Shown: positions 29,087 to 39,123, counted from the whole stretch's first letter. The stretch: DNA of 63,271 nucleotides, filler included, from 4 parts of 4 records of this genome joined end to end with filler, not necessarily neighbours in it, one strand, 5' to 3'. Notes: a model not told the origin generated them from the sequence alone. Numbers and translations are program-made.

Positions 29087-29710
29087 CTATTTTGAAGGTG
29101 TATGGTTTACTTTTCCCATTGCTTTTGAAATCTCGGTGGCTTGAAAATTGTCCTTTTGCGCTAATTCACTTTCAATAGATTGATGGTCTTCTTTTCTTGT
29201 TTGAGATAGTTTATAGGCCCCCTCTAATCTGTCTATAGAAATGGTAAAACCAATAATTCCTTTGTATTGATTGATGGTTTCTGGACGCATTTTTTTTAGA
29301 TCCACAGGATTCTTTTCATGTTTTTCGTGCTTTGCAACTAATTCGTGTAATGAATCAAGAAGTGCTTTGTCTGATTGTATTGCAATAGATCCATAAGCGT
29401 GAACTGCAATATAATTCCAGGTAGGTACTTCTTCTTGTTTATACCAGGAGGAAGATATATAATGTTGCGGACCATTAAAAATTACAAGCACAGGCAATGC
29501 TTTTTTGATTAATTGTGCTATTTGATTTTTTTTAGAGAGATGCCCCACAAGGTGGTATCCATCTTTAGAGGATCCTTTAACCATAAAAGGAATGTGGGAA
29601 GCTACAGGTGCATTTTCTCCTTGGACTACTATAATGCCAAATGGATTTTCATTGATAAAATGAATCAGTTCCTCTTGGTTTTTATTTTCGTAATGATCTG
29701 GAATATACAT
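29087..29710 (-). CDS. PaiB-like FMN-binding regulator
   Basis: MYIP, SHIPF, YISSSWY..VPTWNY, KLSQ. Confidence 0.9.
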   Translation of the reverse strand: MYIPDHYENKNQEELIHFINENPFGIIVVQGENAPVASHIPFMVKGSSKDGYHLVGHLSKKNQIAQLIKKALPVLVIFNGPQHYISSSWYKQEEVPTWNYIAVHAYGSIAIQSDKALLDSLHELVAKHEKHEKNPVDLKKMRPETINQYKGIIGFTISIDRLEGAYKLSQTRKEDHQSIESELAQKDNFQATEISKAMGKVNHTPSK

Positions 29711-29712
29711 GC

Positions 29713-30447
29713 TTATTCGTTTTCTGTCTTAGAAGAGTCTTCTAAAAGATCATTGAGCTCTAGCAGTTCTTTTGAACTAAAGTTACGCCATTTTCCAAGC
29801 GGAACATCTAAGGAAATATTCATGATCCTCACCCTTTTTAATTGTTGAACCTCATAACCTAGGTATTCACACATGCGCCTAATTTGTCTGTTGAGTCCTT
29901 GGGTTAAAACAATCTTAAATGTAGTGCTATTTATAGCAGTCACTTCACATTTTCTTGTTACCGTATCTAAAATTGGGACCCCACTACTCATTTTAGAGAT
30001 AAAATCTGGAGTGATTCTTTTGTCTACAGTAACAACGTATTCTTTTTCGTGGTGGTTTCTAGCCCTTAGAATTTTATTGACAATGTCTCCATCACTGGTT
30101 AGAAAAATAAGGCCTTCACTTGGTTTATCTAATCTTCCTATAGGAAATATCCTTTTAGGATAATTTATGAAGTCTATGATATTGTCTTTTTCTACCCTAG
30201 TATCTGTAGTGCAGACAATACCAATGGGTTTGTTAAAGATTAAATATACGTGTTCTGCTTCTTTTTTACCCACTTCAATCCCATCTACAGCAACTATGTC
30301 TCCTTCCTGAATCTTAGTGCCCATTGCAGGAACTAAGCCATTAATGGTCACTCTAGCTTCTTCTATAAGTTTGTCTGCACCCCTTCTAGAGCAATGGCCA
30401 ATTTCGCTTAAGTATTTATTAATTCTTGTGCCTGCCTTAGGTTTCAT
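29713..30447 (-). CDS. rluF: 23S rRNA pseudouridine synthase (RluF-like)
   Basis: S4 domain, GRLDKPSEG, HEKEY, GLNRQIRRMC. Confidence 0.88.
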   Translation of the reverse strand: MKPKAGTRINKYLSEIGHCSRRGADKLIEEARVTINGLVPAMGTKIQEGDIVAVDGIEVGKKEAEHVYLIFNKPIGIVCTTDTRVEKDNIIDFINYPKRIFPIGRLDKPSEGLIFLTSDGDIVNKILRARNHHEKEYVVTVDKRITPDFISKMSSGVPILDTVTRKCEVTAINSTTFKIVLTQGLNRQIRRMCEYLGYEVQQLKRVRIMNISLDVPLGKWRNFSSKELLELNDLLEDSSKTENE

Positions 30448-30477
30448 GTTAGAAATTGAAATATAAAAATAAACAAT

Positions 30478-31764
30478 TTATGAATTTCTCTGACGGTTGT
30501 CTGAATTTCTCTGAGGTCTTTGTCCCCTTTGGTTGTTTCTTCCTCCTTGTGGTCTTCCAGACTTATTTTGATTGGAATGCGATTTTTCGCTCCCTCCTTT
30601 AGAAAACTGTTTTTTCTGTAATTCCCCTTCTAGGCTTTCATTTTCAAACTCATGTCCTTTTATTACGGGAACATCTTGTTTGATGAGTTTCTGAATATCT
30701 TGTAGGTAGGCTATTTCTGATTCGTCACAAAAAGAAATGGCTACACCGCTAGCACTGGCCCTTCCGGTCCTTCCAATCCTATGCACATAGGTTTCTGGCA
30801 CATTAGGAAGCTCATAATTAATGACCAAAGACAATTGGTCTATATCAATTCCTCTAGCAGCTATATCTGTGGCCACTAAAACATTCAATTTCCCATCTTT
30901 AAAACTTTCTAGTGCTTTTTGTCTTGCTGCCTGTGATTTATTGCCATGTATGGCAGCTCCTTTAATGTTAAACTTCTCTAATTTTTTTACAATATTATTG
31001 GCTCCGTGTTTGGTCCTTGAGAAAACGAGCACTGCAGGCGCTTCCGATTGCTCTACCAATGAGGCCAAGAGTTTGATTTTGTTTTCTTTATCTACAAAAT
31101 AAACCCCTTGAGTTATTTTTTCTGCTGTAGCTTGTTCTGGCTTTATGGTAATTCTTTGAGGATTCCCCAATATTTGTCCAGATAACTGCACAATACTTTG
31201 TGGCATAGTAGCAGAAAAGAATAAGGATTGTCTTTGCGCTGGAAGCTTTGCAATTAATTTCTTTATGTCATGAATAAACCCCATGTCTAGCATTTGGTCT
31301 GCTTCATCTAAGATAGCGTACTCAATATTTTTAAGACTGATAAATCCCTGATTCATAAGGTCTATTAGCCTCCCAGGTGTAGCGATTAAAATATCTGGCT
31401 TTCTTCTTAGCGCGTCTGTTTGCTTTCCTTGCTTTACCCCACCAAAAATCACCTGAGTTTTAAGCTCAGTGAAATGGGTATACTCTTTGAAGTTTTCTTC
31501 AATTTGTATGGCCAATTCTCTAGTTGGTGTAACAACAAGTACTTTAATAAAATTATTTTTTGACGCACTAGAAAGTAATCGCTCAATAATTGGGATAGCA
31601 AATGCGGCTGTTTTTCCAGTTCCAGTTTGTGCACATCCTAACAGATCTTCACCTTTGAGGACAATTGGAATAGCTTGTTCTTGTATGGGGGTTGGGGTAT
31701 GGTAGTCTAAACGATCTAAAGCGTCTAGAAGAGGCTTAGATAGCCCGAGTTCTTTAAAAGTCAT
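30478..31764 (-). CDS. DEAD-box RNA helicase (RhlE-like)
   Basis: AQTGTGKT, PTRELA, DEAD, SAT, HRIGRTGR. Confidence 0.95.
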   Translation of the reverse strand: MTFKELGLSKPLLDALDRLDYHTPTPIQEQAIPIVLKGEDLLGCAQTGTGKTAAFAIPIIERLLSSASKNNFIKVLVVTPTRELAIQIEENFKEYTHFTELKTQVIFGGVKQGKQTDALRRKPDILIATPGRLIDLMNQGFISLKNIEYAILDEADQMLDMGFIHDIKKLIAKLPAQRQSLFFSATMPQSIVQLSGQILGNPQRITIKPEQATAEKITQGVYFVDKENKIKLLASLVEQSEAPAVLVFSRTKHGANNIVKKLEKFNIKGAAIHGNKSQAARQKALESFKDGKLNVLVATDIAARGIDIDQLSLVINYELPNVPETYVHRIGRTGRASASGVAISFCDESEIAYLQDIQKLIKQDVPVIKGHEFENESLEGELQKKQFSKGGSEKSHSNQNKSGRPQGGRNNQRGQRPQRNSDNRQRNS

Positions 31765-31900
31765 ATGTATTTATAAGTTGCAAAGGTATGGCTAATATTT
31801 TCAATTCATCCTGAAAAAACTACAATTGGGTGAATCGTTTTTTTTACTTTTAGCCATAGGGCATACTTTTGATCCCAATACAAACAGACCATCTTTAAAA

Positions 31901-32181
31901 ATGTATAAAATTCTAAAAGCCACTTTTCTAATTGTCCTAATCTTTATGGGCGTGTATTTTAGTATTTTTTAATGGAGCAAACTATTGAATCCCTAGTAAA
32001 AGGATTAGACCCAAAAGCTTTTTTTAGAATTAGCAGGAAATGCATTATTCAAATTGCTCATATAAGGGATATAGTAGCGTTTTCTAACGCGAGGCTAAAA
32101 ATTGAGATTAAGCCAGAAATAGACATAGATTTAGTGGTCAGTAGAGAACGTGTCAAAGATTTTAAACTTTGGATTTCTTAA
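31901..32181 (+). pseudogene. 23-codon hydrophobic stub plus truncated LytTR domain
   Basis: MYKILKATFLIVLIFMGVYFSIF* (31901-31972) overlaps a 69-aa ORF containing only the C-terminal LytTR part (LDP..FFRISR, VSRERV). Confidence 0.65.
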
Positions 32182-33365
32182 GGAATCCTGTTGTCGTCAA
32201 AAGCACTCGGGAGTAGCTTAGGAATTAGCTTTATAAATATGGGTAAAAGTATAGCCCCTCCTGGAAGTATAAAAATAGCCAGTGATGGAATACTTTTAAA
32301 AATATCCAAAAGCTGCGCTTGTATTTTCTTTTTTTCTAAGGCAGATAGATCACTGTGGGTAGATTTCGTAATTAAGAGAACCAATTCTTGGCTTCCTTTA
32401 ATTTCTTTAAGCAGTCTCTTGCTATTTCTAAGAATTAATTTATTGACTAAAAAGCTAAGATTTTCGTAGAGCTGTTCCCCCATGGCCATAGTTTTAAGGC
32501 CAGGAATGTGTTTTTTATTGGATTCTATAAAACTTTCTAATTGCACTAATTCTGATTTAATGTCAGCGATGTCTACTTTTAATATTTCTTCAGAAAATTT
32601 GAGATAGATTGGGAATTGATTTAAATCTTTTTTATTTGGAAGCCCATTCACTGCGCTAATCATGGTGAGGTACAGAAGTTCCTCTTGAGTAAACTTAAAG
32701 TAATTGTCTTTTAAAGATTTATATTCCTTTAAAAGCATGGATTTTTCAAATATCTCTAGGGGAGCTTCTTCACGTTTAAATAGGGTAGTGGCTTTATGAA
32801 CCAATTCATAACCCAATTTTTCTATTTGATTTATAGCCGTAATATGCAGGTCTTTATCCGTTAAAAAACGTTTAAATCCTAGGTAGTCTATGGTTAAATA
32901 TGGATTTAAAGAAAAATTTCCAAAAGCTTTATGGATCTTGTTAGAAACTACAAATACCCTTTGATCAATGATACCGGCAACTAGGTCGTCATTTTTTGCC
33001 TCTCCTAAAAAACCATCGAACAAGGAAGTTTTAAACACTTTTAAATCTTTGTAGTACTGAATAATTAAGCGGGAGAATTCATTAAAATCATTCTTTTTCT
33101 CTTCGCAATTGTTTGTTTTATTCTGCTCACTACAATGGTGATTATAGGCACAATACATGGCGAATAGGAGGTTAATTTTTGTTCGTTCATCTATAGAAGC
33201 CTCGTGCTCAGTAATAATAAATGCTGGGATAGCCACATTAGACCCATAGAAAAAGCCAAGTGACTTTAATTGATTAAATAAGGCCATATTCTCAAAGTAA
33301 ACAAACTTTTGTTCTTTGAGAATATAGTCAAATTTTGTGACCCAACCTGAAGCAGATGGATTCAT
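32178..33365 (-). CDS. LETM1-related protein
   Basis: MNPSASGW start; DIFKSIPSLAIFILPGG..LLPSAF end. Confidence 0.85.
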   Translation of the reverse strand: MNPSASGWVTKFDYILKEQKFVYFENMALFNQLKSLGFFYGSNVAIPAFIITEHEASIDERTKINLLFAMYCAYNHHCSEQNKTNNCEEKKNDFNEFSRLIIQYYKDLKVFKTSLFDGFLGEAKNDDLVAGIIDQRVFVVSNKIHKAFGNFSLNPYLTIDYLGFKRFLTDKDLHITAINQIEKLGYELVHKATTLFKREEAPLEIFEKSMLLKEYKSLKDNYFKFTQEELLYLTMISAVNGLPNKKDLNQFPIYLKFSEEILKVDIADIKSELVQLESFIESNKKHIPGLKTMAMGEQLYENLSFLVNKLILRNSKRLLKEIKGSQELVLLITKSTHSDLSALEKKKIQAQLLDIFKSIPSLAIFILPGGAILLPIFIKLIPKLLPSAFDDNRIP

Positions 33366-33383
33366 GAAAAATCTTTAAGGGTA

Positions 33384-33947
33384 TTATTCAATAATTCCTG
33401 TGCAACTTACTCTTGCACCAGCAGCACCACTTGGTTGAGAGACTAAGTCGTCTTCTCCTTGGTGTACAATGACTGCTTTCCCTAAAATATTGGTCGTTGG
33501 ATCATCTCCACCAATAGTCCATAGGTCTGTCATAAAATGAACTGTGGCATTTCCCGATTCATCTGCAGTAAAATTTCCAATGTCTCCTCTGTGAAAGCCC
33601 TCTTCTGCTCCCCAAGCACCGTGAGGCTCAAAAGTTGGATTCCAGTGACCTCCAGTAGATTTTCCATCTTCTGAACTACAATCTGCTGTTTCGTGAAGGT
33701 GTATGGCGTGCGTTCCAGGCGTTAACCCAGATAAGTACGCCATCATCATGACTTGTCCACCATTCTCTTGTGAAAACGTTACCGTTCCTTTTACCTCAGA
33801 ATTACTTTTAGGGGTCATTTCAAAAGATATTTTAGTCATTTCTTCTGAAATTAACTCCTTTTCAGGGGTGCTTTCCGCTGGTTTTGGTTTGTCTTTGCAG
33901 GATATAAGACCCAATAATATTATCGCAGTGTATAAAATTTTTTTCAT
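33384..33947 (-). CDS. sodC: Cu/Zn superoxide dismutase lipoprotein
   Basis: Lipobox LISC; HAIHLH, GGHWNP, HRGD, IVHQGEDD, GAR. Confidence 0.92.
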   Translation of the reverse strand: MKKILYTAIILLGLISCKDKPKPAESTPEKELISEEMTKISFEMTPKSNSEVKGTVTFSQENGGQVMMMAYLSGLTPGTHAIHLHETADCSSEDGKSTGGHWNPTFEPHGAWGAEEGFHRGDIGNFTADESGNATVHFMTDLWTIGGDDPTTNILGKAVIVHQGEDDLVSQPSGAAGARVSCTGIIE

Positions 33948-33998
33948 AAAATGTTTTTAAGGTGTTTCTTTTAAATTAAGGCTAATTTTTGATAGATA

Positions 33999-36353
33999 CT
34001 ATTCTAAATCAAACGTTTTGGTTTCTTTAAATGGATTTCTATCTATTTTTTTCATTTCAGCTTCAAATACGGACCATGTTGTTTCAAAAAAGGCATTTTG
34101 TTTCTCTAGTGCCATTAAAAGTTGATTTTTCGCAAAGCGCATTAACTTTTCTTCCGTTACAGTCATCCCAGTTTTTCTGCTACCGACATAACTAGAAGCA
34201 GTACCAATTCTCTGCATTACAGTAACTTCTGGATTTCTGGTAATACCCTGCCTTTTGTCTATGGTTCCTAAATACATGGCTATTAAACCATCGATCTCTT
34301 TAGAAATATCTTTGGCTTTTTTAATGTTTTCTTTGTGTAATTTTTTATCGAGATCAGACAGCTCTTTAGATAGTTTTTCTGCTGTTTGTTTGCTTTGAAC
34401 CAATTGTTTCACAGCATCTGCAGCACTTTGCATATAGCCTTCTAATACTTTTTCAGCATTGTAAACAGCCTCCATGGAAGCTAGAGATGCTACAAGTCTG
34501 GGATCAGCAGCAACCCTAATATCTTGCATGCTTTCGAGCAGACCATCAGTGAGCACAAGTTTGTATGTTCCAGGTAGTACAGATTTACCACCGCGTTCTC
34601 TATTGCGGGTAGATATACTTCTAGATGGTCTGTCTGCCCCCTTTTCATCCATGTTCCAGTACATTCTGTGGAAACCAGATTTTTCTGGCTTTTTAAAACC
34701 AATCGTTCTAATGAGCGCATCTCCATTAAATACCCTTAGAAATAAAGAATCTTTAGAAGATTTTAATTTTTCAGCATCTTGATCGCTCTCATCTTGGTCC
34801 TCACTGTCTGTTTTTAGATCAGCTTTTGCTCCTTTTTTTGCTGCCCCTTCTTTAGTGAAATAGGTAATCATTGCACCGTATTTTTTATTTTCTCCTTGGT
34901 ATAAGGCATCGGCGCCAAAACGGCTTCCGGTGGGTTGCTGATAAGCAGCTAGGTAGGCCGTTGGAGGCGCAAATAACTTAAAGGGACCAACCAATGCTTC
35001 AGGATTTCCAGCTACTGCCCTAAGCGGTCTAATGTCGTCTAGTACCCAAGCAGCCCTTCCAAAAGTACCAATCACCAAATCTTCTTCTCTTGGGTGAATG
35101 ACTAAGTCTTTGGTAGACACTGTTGGAAAACCTGCAGTCCATTTTTCCCAGCTATCAGCAGCATTTAATGACATATAAAGTCCGTCATCTGTTCCTAAGA
35201 ATAATAAATTAGGATTTTTTGGGTCCTCAATAATAGCCAATGTATAGCTGTTAACATCTTTTTCATCTACAATGCGCTCCCAAGTTTTACCGTAGTTTTT
35301 TGTGCGGTAAGCATAAGGGGTATAGTTAAATCTTCTGTAATCATTAGCAATTAAAAGTGCTTCACCCTTATTATTTGCAGACGCTTTTATCTGTGGAATC
35401 CAACTGCCTTTAGGCAGGCCTTTAATGTTTTTAGTGACTTCATTCCAAGTATTTCCTCCATCTTGGGTAAAGTGAACACGACCGTCATCTGTTCCTACCC
35501 ATAGCATATCTTTCTCTACAGGAGAAGGCTCTATAACAAGGATGGTACAGTGATTTTCAGCTCCAGTGGCATCCATAGTTAAACCACCACTCTCACTTTG
35601 CTTTTGCTTTTCAGGATCGTTTGTAGTCAGGTCTGTAGAAATAACCTCCCATGTAAGCCCTTTGTCTGTAGATTTGTGTACAAATTGACTGCCAAAATAA
35701 ACCGTGCTATTGTCAAATGGATCTTGTCCAATTCCCGCATTCCAATTAAACCTTAGGTCCGTTTTTTCATCTGGCGCTGTAGGTCTAACAGAATAGTTGT
35801 TTCCTGTCTTCCAATCGTATCTAGATACAAAACCTTGCTGGCTCATTGCGTATCCAAACTGAGCATTGTCTTTATCTGGGACTACGTCAAATCCATCTCC
35901 AAAGGCTATTTCTTGCCAATAAGAGTTTCTAATACCCTGAACTTTCCAAACATAGGCAGGGCCCCTCCATGAACCATTGTCTTGCATTCCTCCGTAAACG
36001 TTGTAAGGGTATTCATTGTCTGTGCTAATGTGGTAAAACTGGGCTACAGGAATATTTCCAATAAAACGCCACGAAGCTCCACCGTCTCTGGTAATATTCA
36101 TACCTCCGTCATTACCGTCCATCATGAATTGACCATTCTTTGGGTGTATCCACCAGGCATGGTGGTCTGGGTGAACGCCATTGTCTACCCCATAAGCTGG
36201 CATGAGTTCTGTGAAGCTTTTTCCTCCGTCTTCAGATACATTTACATAAGTAAACACAGAATATACCCTATTTTCATTTTGTGGGTCTACAAAAATATCA
36301 GAATAATAAAAAGGCCTATTACCAATGTCTTCTTTGTCATTAACCATTTTCCA
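33999..36353 (-). CDS. VPS10/BNR-repeat beta-propeller protein (5' truncated)
   Basis: Repeated S/T.D.G.TW Asp-boxes; GGMQDNGSW, RFNWN. Confidence 0.85.
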   Translation of the reverse strand, partial: WKMVNDKEDIGNRPFYYSDIFVDPQNENRVYSVFTYVNVSEDGGKSFTELMPAYGVDNGVHPDHHAWWIHPKNGQFMMDGNDGGMNITRDGGASWRFIGNIPVAQFYHISTDNEYPYNVYGGMQDNGSWRGPAYVWKVQGIRNSYWQEIAFGDGFDVVPDKDNAQFGYAMSQQGFVSRYDWKTGNNYSVRPTAPDEKTDLRFNWNAGIGQDPFDNSTVYFGSQFVHKSTDKGLTWEVISTDLTTNDPEKQKQSESGGLTMDATGAENHCTILVIEPSPVEKDMLWVGTDDGRVHFTQDGGNTWNEVTKNIKGLPKGSWIPQIKASANNKGEALLIANDYRRFNYTPYAYRTKNYGKTWERIVDEKDVNSYTLAIIEDPKNPNLLFLGTDDGLYMSLNAADSWEKWTAGFPTVSTKDLVIHPREEDLVIGTFGRAAWVLDDIRPLRAVAGNPEALVGPFKLFAPPTAYLAAYQQPTGSRFGADALYQGENKKYGAMITYFTKEGAAKKGAKADLKTDSEDQDESDQDAEKLKSSKDSLFLRVFNGDALIRTIGFKKPEKSGFHRMYWNMDEKGADRPSRSISTRNRERGGKSVLPGTYKLVLTDGLLESMQDIRVAADPRLVASLASMEAVYNAEKVLEGYMQSAADAVKQLVQSKQTAEKLSKELSDLDKKLHKENIKKAKDISKEIDGLIAMYLGTIDKRQGITRNPEVTVMQRIGTASSYVGSRKTGMTVTEEKLMRFAKNQLLMALEKQNAFFETTWSVFEAEMKKIDRNPFKETKTFDLE

Positions 36354-36453
36354 NNNNNNNNNNNNNNNNNNNNNNNNNNNNNNNNNNNNNNNNNNNNTTA
36401 ATTAATTAANNNNNNNNNNNNNNNNNNNNNNNNNNNNNNNNNNNNNNNNNNNN
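36354..36453. other. Artificial contig spacer
   Basis: N44-TTAATTAATTAA-N44. Confidence 0.98.
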
Positions 36454-36483
36454 CCTCAGACCGCTGGCAAGCCAGCTTGTCGC
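36454..36483 (-). repeat. Hairpin repeat, left contig-end copy
   Basis: CCTCAGACCGCTGGCAAGCCAGCTTGTCGC is 27/30 identical to the reverse complement of 56789-56818. Confidence 0.85.
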
Positions 36484-36629
36484 TTTGTTGGATCGTAGAA
36501 CGGAATTTCATGCGGAAGAAAGGAAGCGTATTTTCGCTATCCCTCGCGGAATGGCAAGAATTACCCGCGGCATTCTGGAATCTATTCAAATGAAGTTGAT
36601 TAGATGAACAGGCTCTGTTGATTCATCAC

Positions 36630-37448
36630 ATGCGATTGGGAACTCTAATCAACGAATTTGGAGACGAGCAGTTGTGTTATTTTCATGAAAACCATTTCCT
36701 CTCGGTGGAACAAATCGGGGCGGTTTTTGGAACCTTTTTTCCGGGGACACTGAACGAACTTCTCGAATCCGGCGAGGAGTTCGAGGAAATGCAGGAATGG
36801 TGGGATCACGAGGCGGATGAACGGCTTCCGCGTGCGCCGGAGGCTTCGATTCATTTTGAGAACGCGACGTTGGGATCGGCGATTCCGCGGCCTGGAAAAA
36901 TTATCGATCAGGATGGTTCCAGACCGCAAAGCTCGGTGATTAGCGGAAATGGAGAAATTCGTTTGCCCGACGTGCCAAACATCATGGCGAGCGCTGGCGT
37001 CGGATTGGTCATTCGGAAATCATGCCGCAATTTCGATCCCGCAGAATCGAATTGGAGAGATTTTGTCGCCGGATTCACCCAAATGACGTGTCTGACGACC
37101 CGCGAAGAATCGGGTTTTCGAGCGGCGTATGATTCGTTTTTGAGCTTGGGCCCGATTTTGATATCGATGGATGAATTTGCCGATCAGGAGACGCTGGATG
37201 TGGGGTTTGTCGTTTCGGATGAGGTCTTTGAAGAAATGATCGCGCTCGATTTCGGACAGCGTCTTGCTGATTTATCTCAAATCATGACGCTGCACCCTGG
37301 CGACGTGATTTTGGTCCCCGGCAGCACTTCGATGGAAGTTCAGGGCGGCGAAACGTTGGAATGTCGTTTCGAAGATCTTCTTCCGTTGGTTAATCCCGTG
37401 GTTGCCGCGGAACCTCTCGTTTCAGAGACTTCACTGGACACGGAATAA
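36630..37448 (+). CDS. Fumarylacetoacetate-hydrolase-fold protein, degenerate
   Basis: IPRPGKII, YDSFLSLGP, MTLHPGDVIL, L.NPV; catalytic acidic residues absent. Confidence 0.7.
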   Translation: MRLGTLINEFGDEQLCYFHENHFLSVEQIGAVFGTFFPGTLNELLESGEEFEEMQEWWDHEADERLPRAPEASIHFENATLGSAIPRPGKIIDQDGSRPQSSVISGNGEIRLPDVPNIMASAGVGLVIRKSCRNFDPAESNWRDFVAGFTQMTCLTTREESGFRAAYDSFLSLGPILISMDEFADQETLDVGFVVSDEVFEEMIALDFGQRLADLSQIMTLHPGDVILVPGSTSMEVQGGETLECRFEDLLPLVNPVVAAEPLVSETSLDTE

Positions 37449-37471
37449 ACCTTCGCTCACAATCGGCCGAA

Positions 37472-38104
37472 ATGTCTTTCCCTGAAATTGTCCAGATCGG
37501 TTGGCCCGTTGTCGCTGCTTATGTAATTGGCGCGACACCGTTCGGTTATTTGGCCGGCCGGCTGAGGGGACTTGATATTCGTGAACACGGCAGTGGCAAT
37601 ATCGGCGCGACGAATGTGTTCCGCGTCCTCGGAAAACCGCTTGGAATCACCGTTTTGATCCTCGATGTCCTGAAAGGGCTCATTCCGGTTTTGATCGCCA
37701 AGGCAGCGACTGACAACAGCTTGATTCATATTTTCTCTGCGATCGGAGCTATTTTGGGTCATAACTACACATTTTGGCTGAAATTTCGGGGCGGAAAAGG
37801 AATTGCCACCTCGGCTGGCGCACTGGCTCCAATTTTGCCGATTCCGCTGGTGGTGGGCATGCTGGCTTGGTTTATTTTGCACCAAACCCTTCGTTGGGTT
37901 TCCGTCGCTTCGATTGGCGCAGCTCTTGCTCTGCCAATCACGGTGGCGATTCAGTCGCTCTTCTTTAAGAAACCATGGGATTGGCCCGTTCTAGGATTTG
38001 CCGCGTTTTTGGCGATCATGGCAATCTGGCGTCATCGTTCAAATATCGGGCGACTGATGCGAGGTGAAGAGCCGAAAACGCCTCGAAAAAGCAAAAAAGT
38101 TTAA
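37472..38104 (+). CDS. plsY: Glycerol-3-phosphate acyltransferase PlsY
   Basis: GSGNIGATNVFR, DVLKG, GH..F.GGKGIAT, RHRSNI. Confidence 0.96.
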   Translation: MSFPEIVQIGWPVVAAYVIGATPFGYLAGRLRGLDIREHGSGNIGATNVFRVLGKPLGITVLILDVLKGLIPVLIAKAATDNSLIHIFSAIGAILGHNYTFWLKFRGGKGIATSAGALAPILPIPLVVGMLAWFILHQTLRWVSVASIGAALALPITVAIQSLFFKKPWDWPVLGFAAFLAIMAIWRHRSNIGRLMRGEEPKTPRKSKKV

Positions 38105-38121
38105 TTTTCAGTGAAATTTGT

Positions 38122-39123
38122 ATGATTGAAAAAGCAGCAGTTTTAGGAGCGGGTAGCTGGGGGACAGCCCTCTCGCTCGCCATGGCCGATCGCGGTCTCG
38201 AAGTCACGACCTATGGTAATGAACCGAAGGTGGCCGAGGATTTGAATACGAATCACCGGAACTCCAAATACCTTCCGGATGTCGATTTGCCAACGAACGT
38301 CAAGGGCTCGGTTGATATCGGTGATGTCATCGATAAGCCGCTGATATTGATGGTGGTGCCGTCTCAAGTTGCCCGAATCGTTTTGAAAGATGTGGCTGCT
38401 GCGGGAATTCCCGAAAGCACACTGTTACTGACGTGCACGAAGGGAATCGATCCTTCGACTGGAAAGTTGATGCACCAATTGATCGAAGAAATTTTCCCTA
38501 ATAATCCGATCGCAGTGCTTTCAGGCCCGAGTCACGCTGAGGAAGTCGCAAACCGAATGGCAACAGCTGCGGTTATCGGATGCGCCGATGTCGCCGTTGC
38601 AGAGCGGGTTCAGGAAGTCTTCACGCTGCCGTGGTTTCGCACCTACACGAGCGAGGACGTGGTGGGAATCGAGCTGGGCAGCACGGTGAAAAACGTGTTT
38701 GCCATTGCCGCAGGAATTATTGACGGCCTTGGCCTCGGTGATAATACAAAGGCCGCCATGGTCACTCGCGGACTTGCTGAGATGACTCGTCTGGGAACCG
38801 CTCTTGGCGGAAAGCCGGAGACTTTTCGTGGTCTGAGCGGCATTGGAGATTTGATCGTGACCTGCTACAGCGTCCACAGCCGCAACAACCGGTTTGGTCG
38901 TTTGCTGGGTGAAGGAAAAACGCTCGATGAAGCCATCGCTACGGTGACCCAGGTTGCCGAAGGCGTTCCCAATGCGAAAAATGCGTTTGAGATGGCACGA
39001 AAACTCAATGTTCGGACCCCGCTGATTGACGAAGTCTACGCAGTGCTTTTCGAAAACAAATCAACTACCGAAGCTCTCGAATCTCTTCTGAATCGTGATC
39101 TCCGCGCTGAAGATGAAGACTGA
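38122..39123 (+). CDS. gpsA: NAD(P)H-dependent glycerol-3-phosphate dehydrogenase
   Basis: GAGSWGTAL, SGPSHAEEV, KNVFAI, GDLIVTC..SRN. Confidence 0.97.
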   Translation: MIEKAAVLGAGSWGTALSLAMADRGLEVTTYGNEPKVAEDLNTNHRNSKYLPDVDLPTNVKGSVDIGDVIDKPLILMVVPSQVARIVLKDVAAAGIPESTLLLTCTKGIDPSTGKLMHQLIEEIFPNNPIAVLSGPSHAEEVANRMATAAVIGCADVAVAERVQEVFTLPWFRTYTSEDVVGIELGSTVKNVFAIAAGIIDGLGLGDNTKAAMVTRGLAEMTRLGTALGGKPETFRGLSGIGDLIVTCYSVHSRNNRFGRLLGEGKTLDEAIATVTQVAEGVPNAKNAFEMARKLNVRTPLIDEVYAVLFENKSTTEALESLLNRDLRAEDED

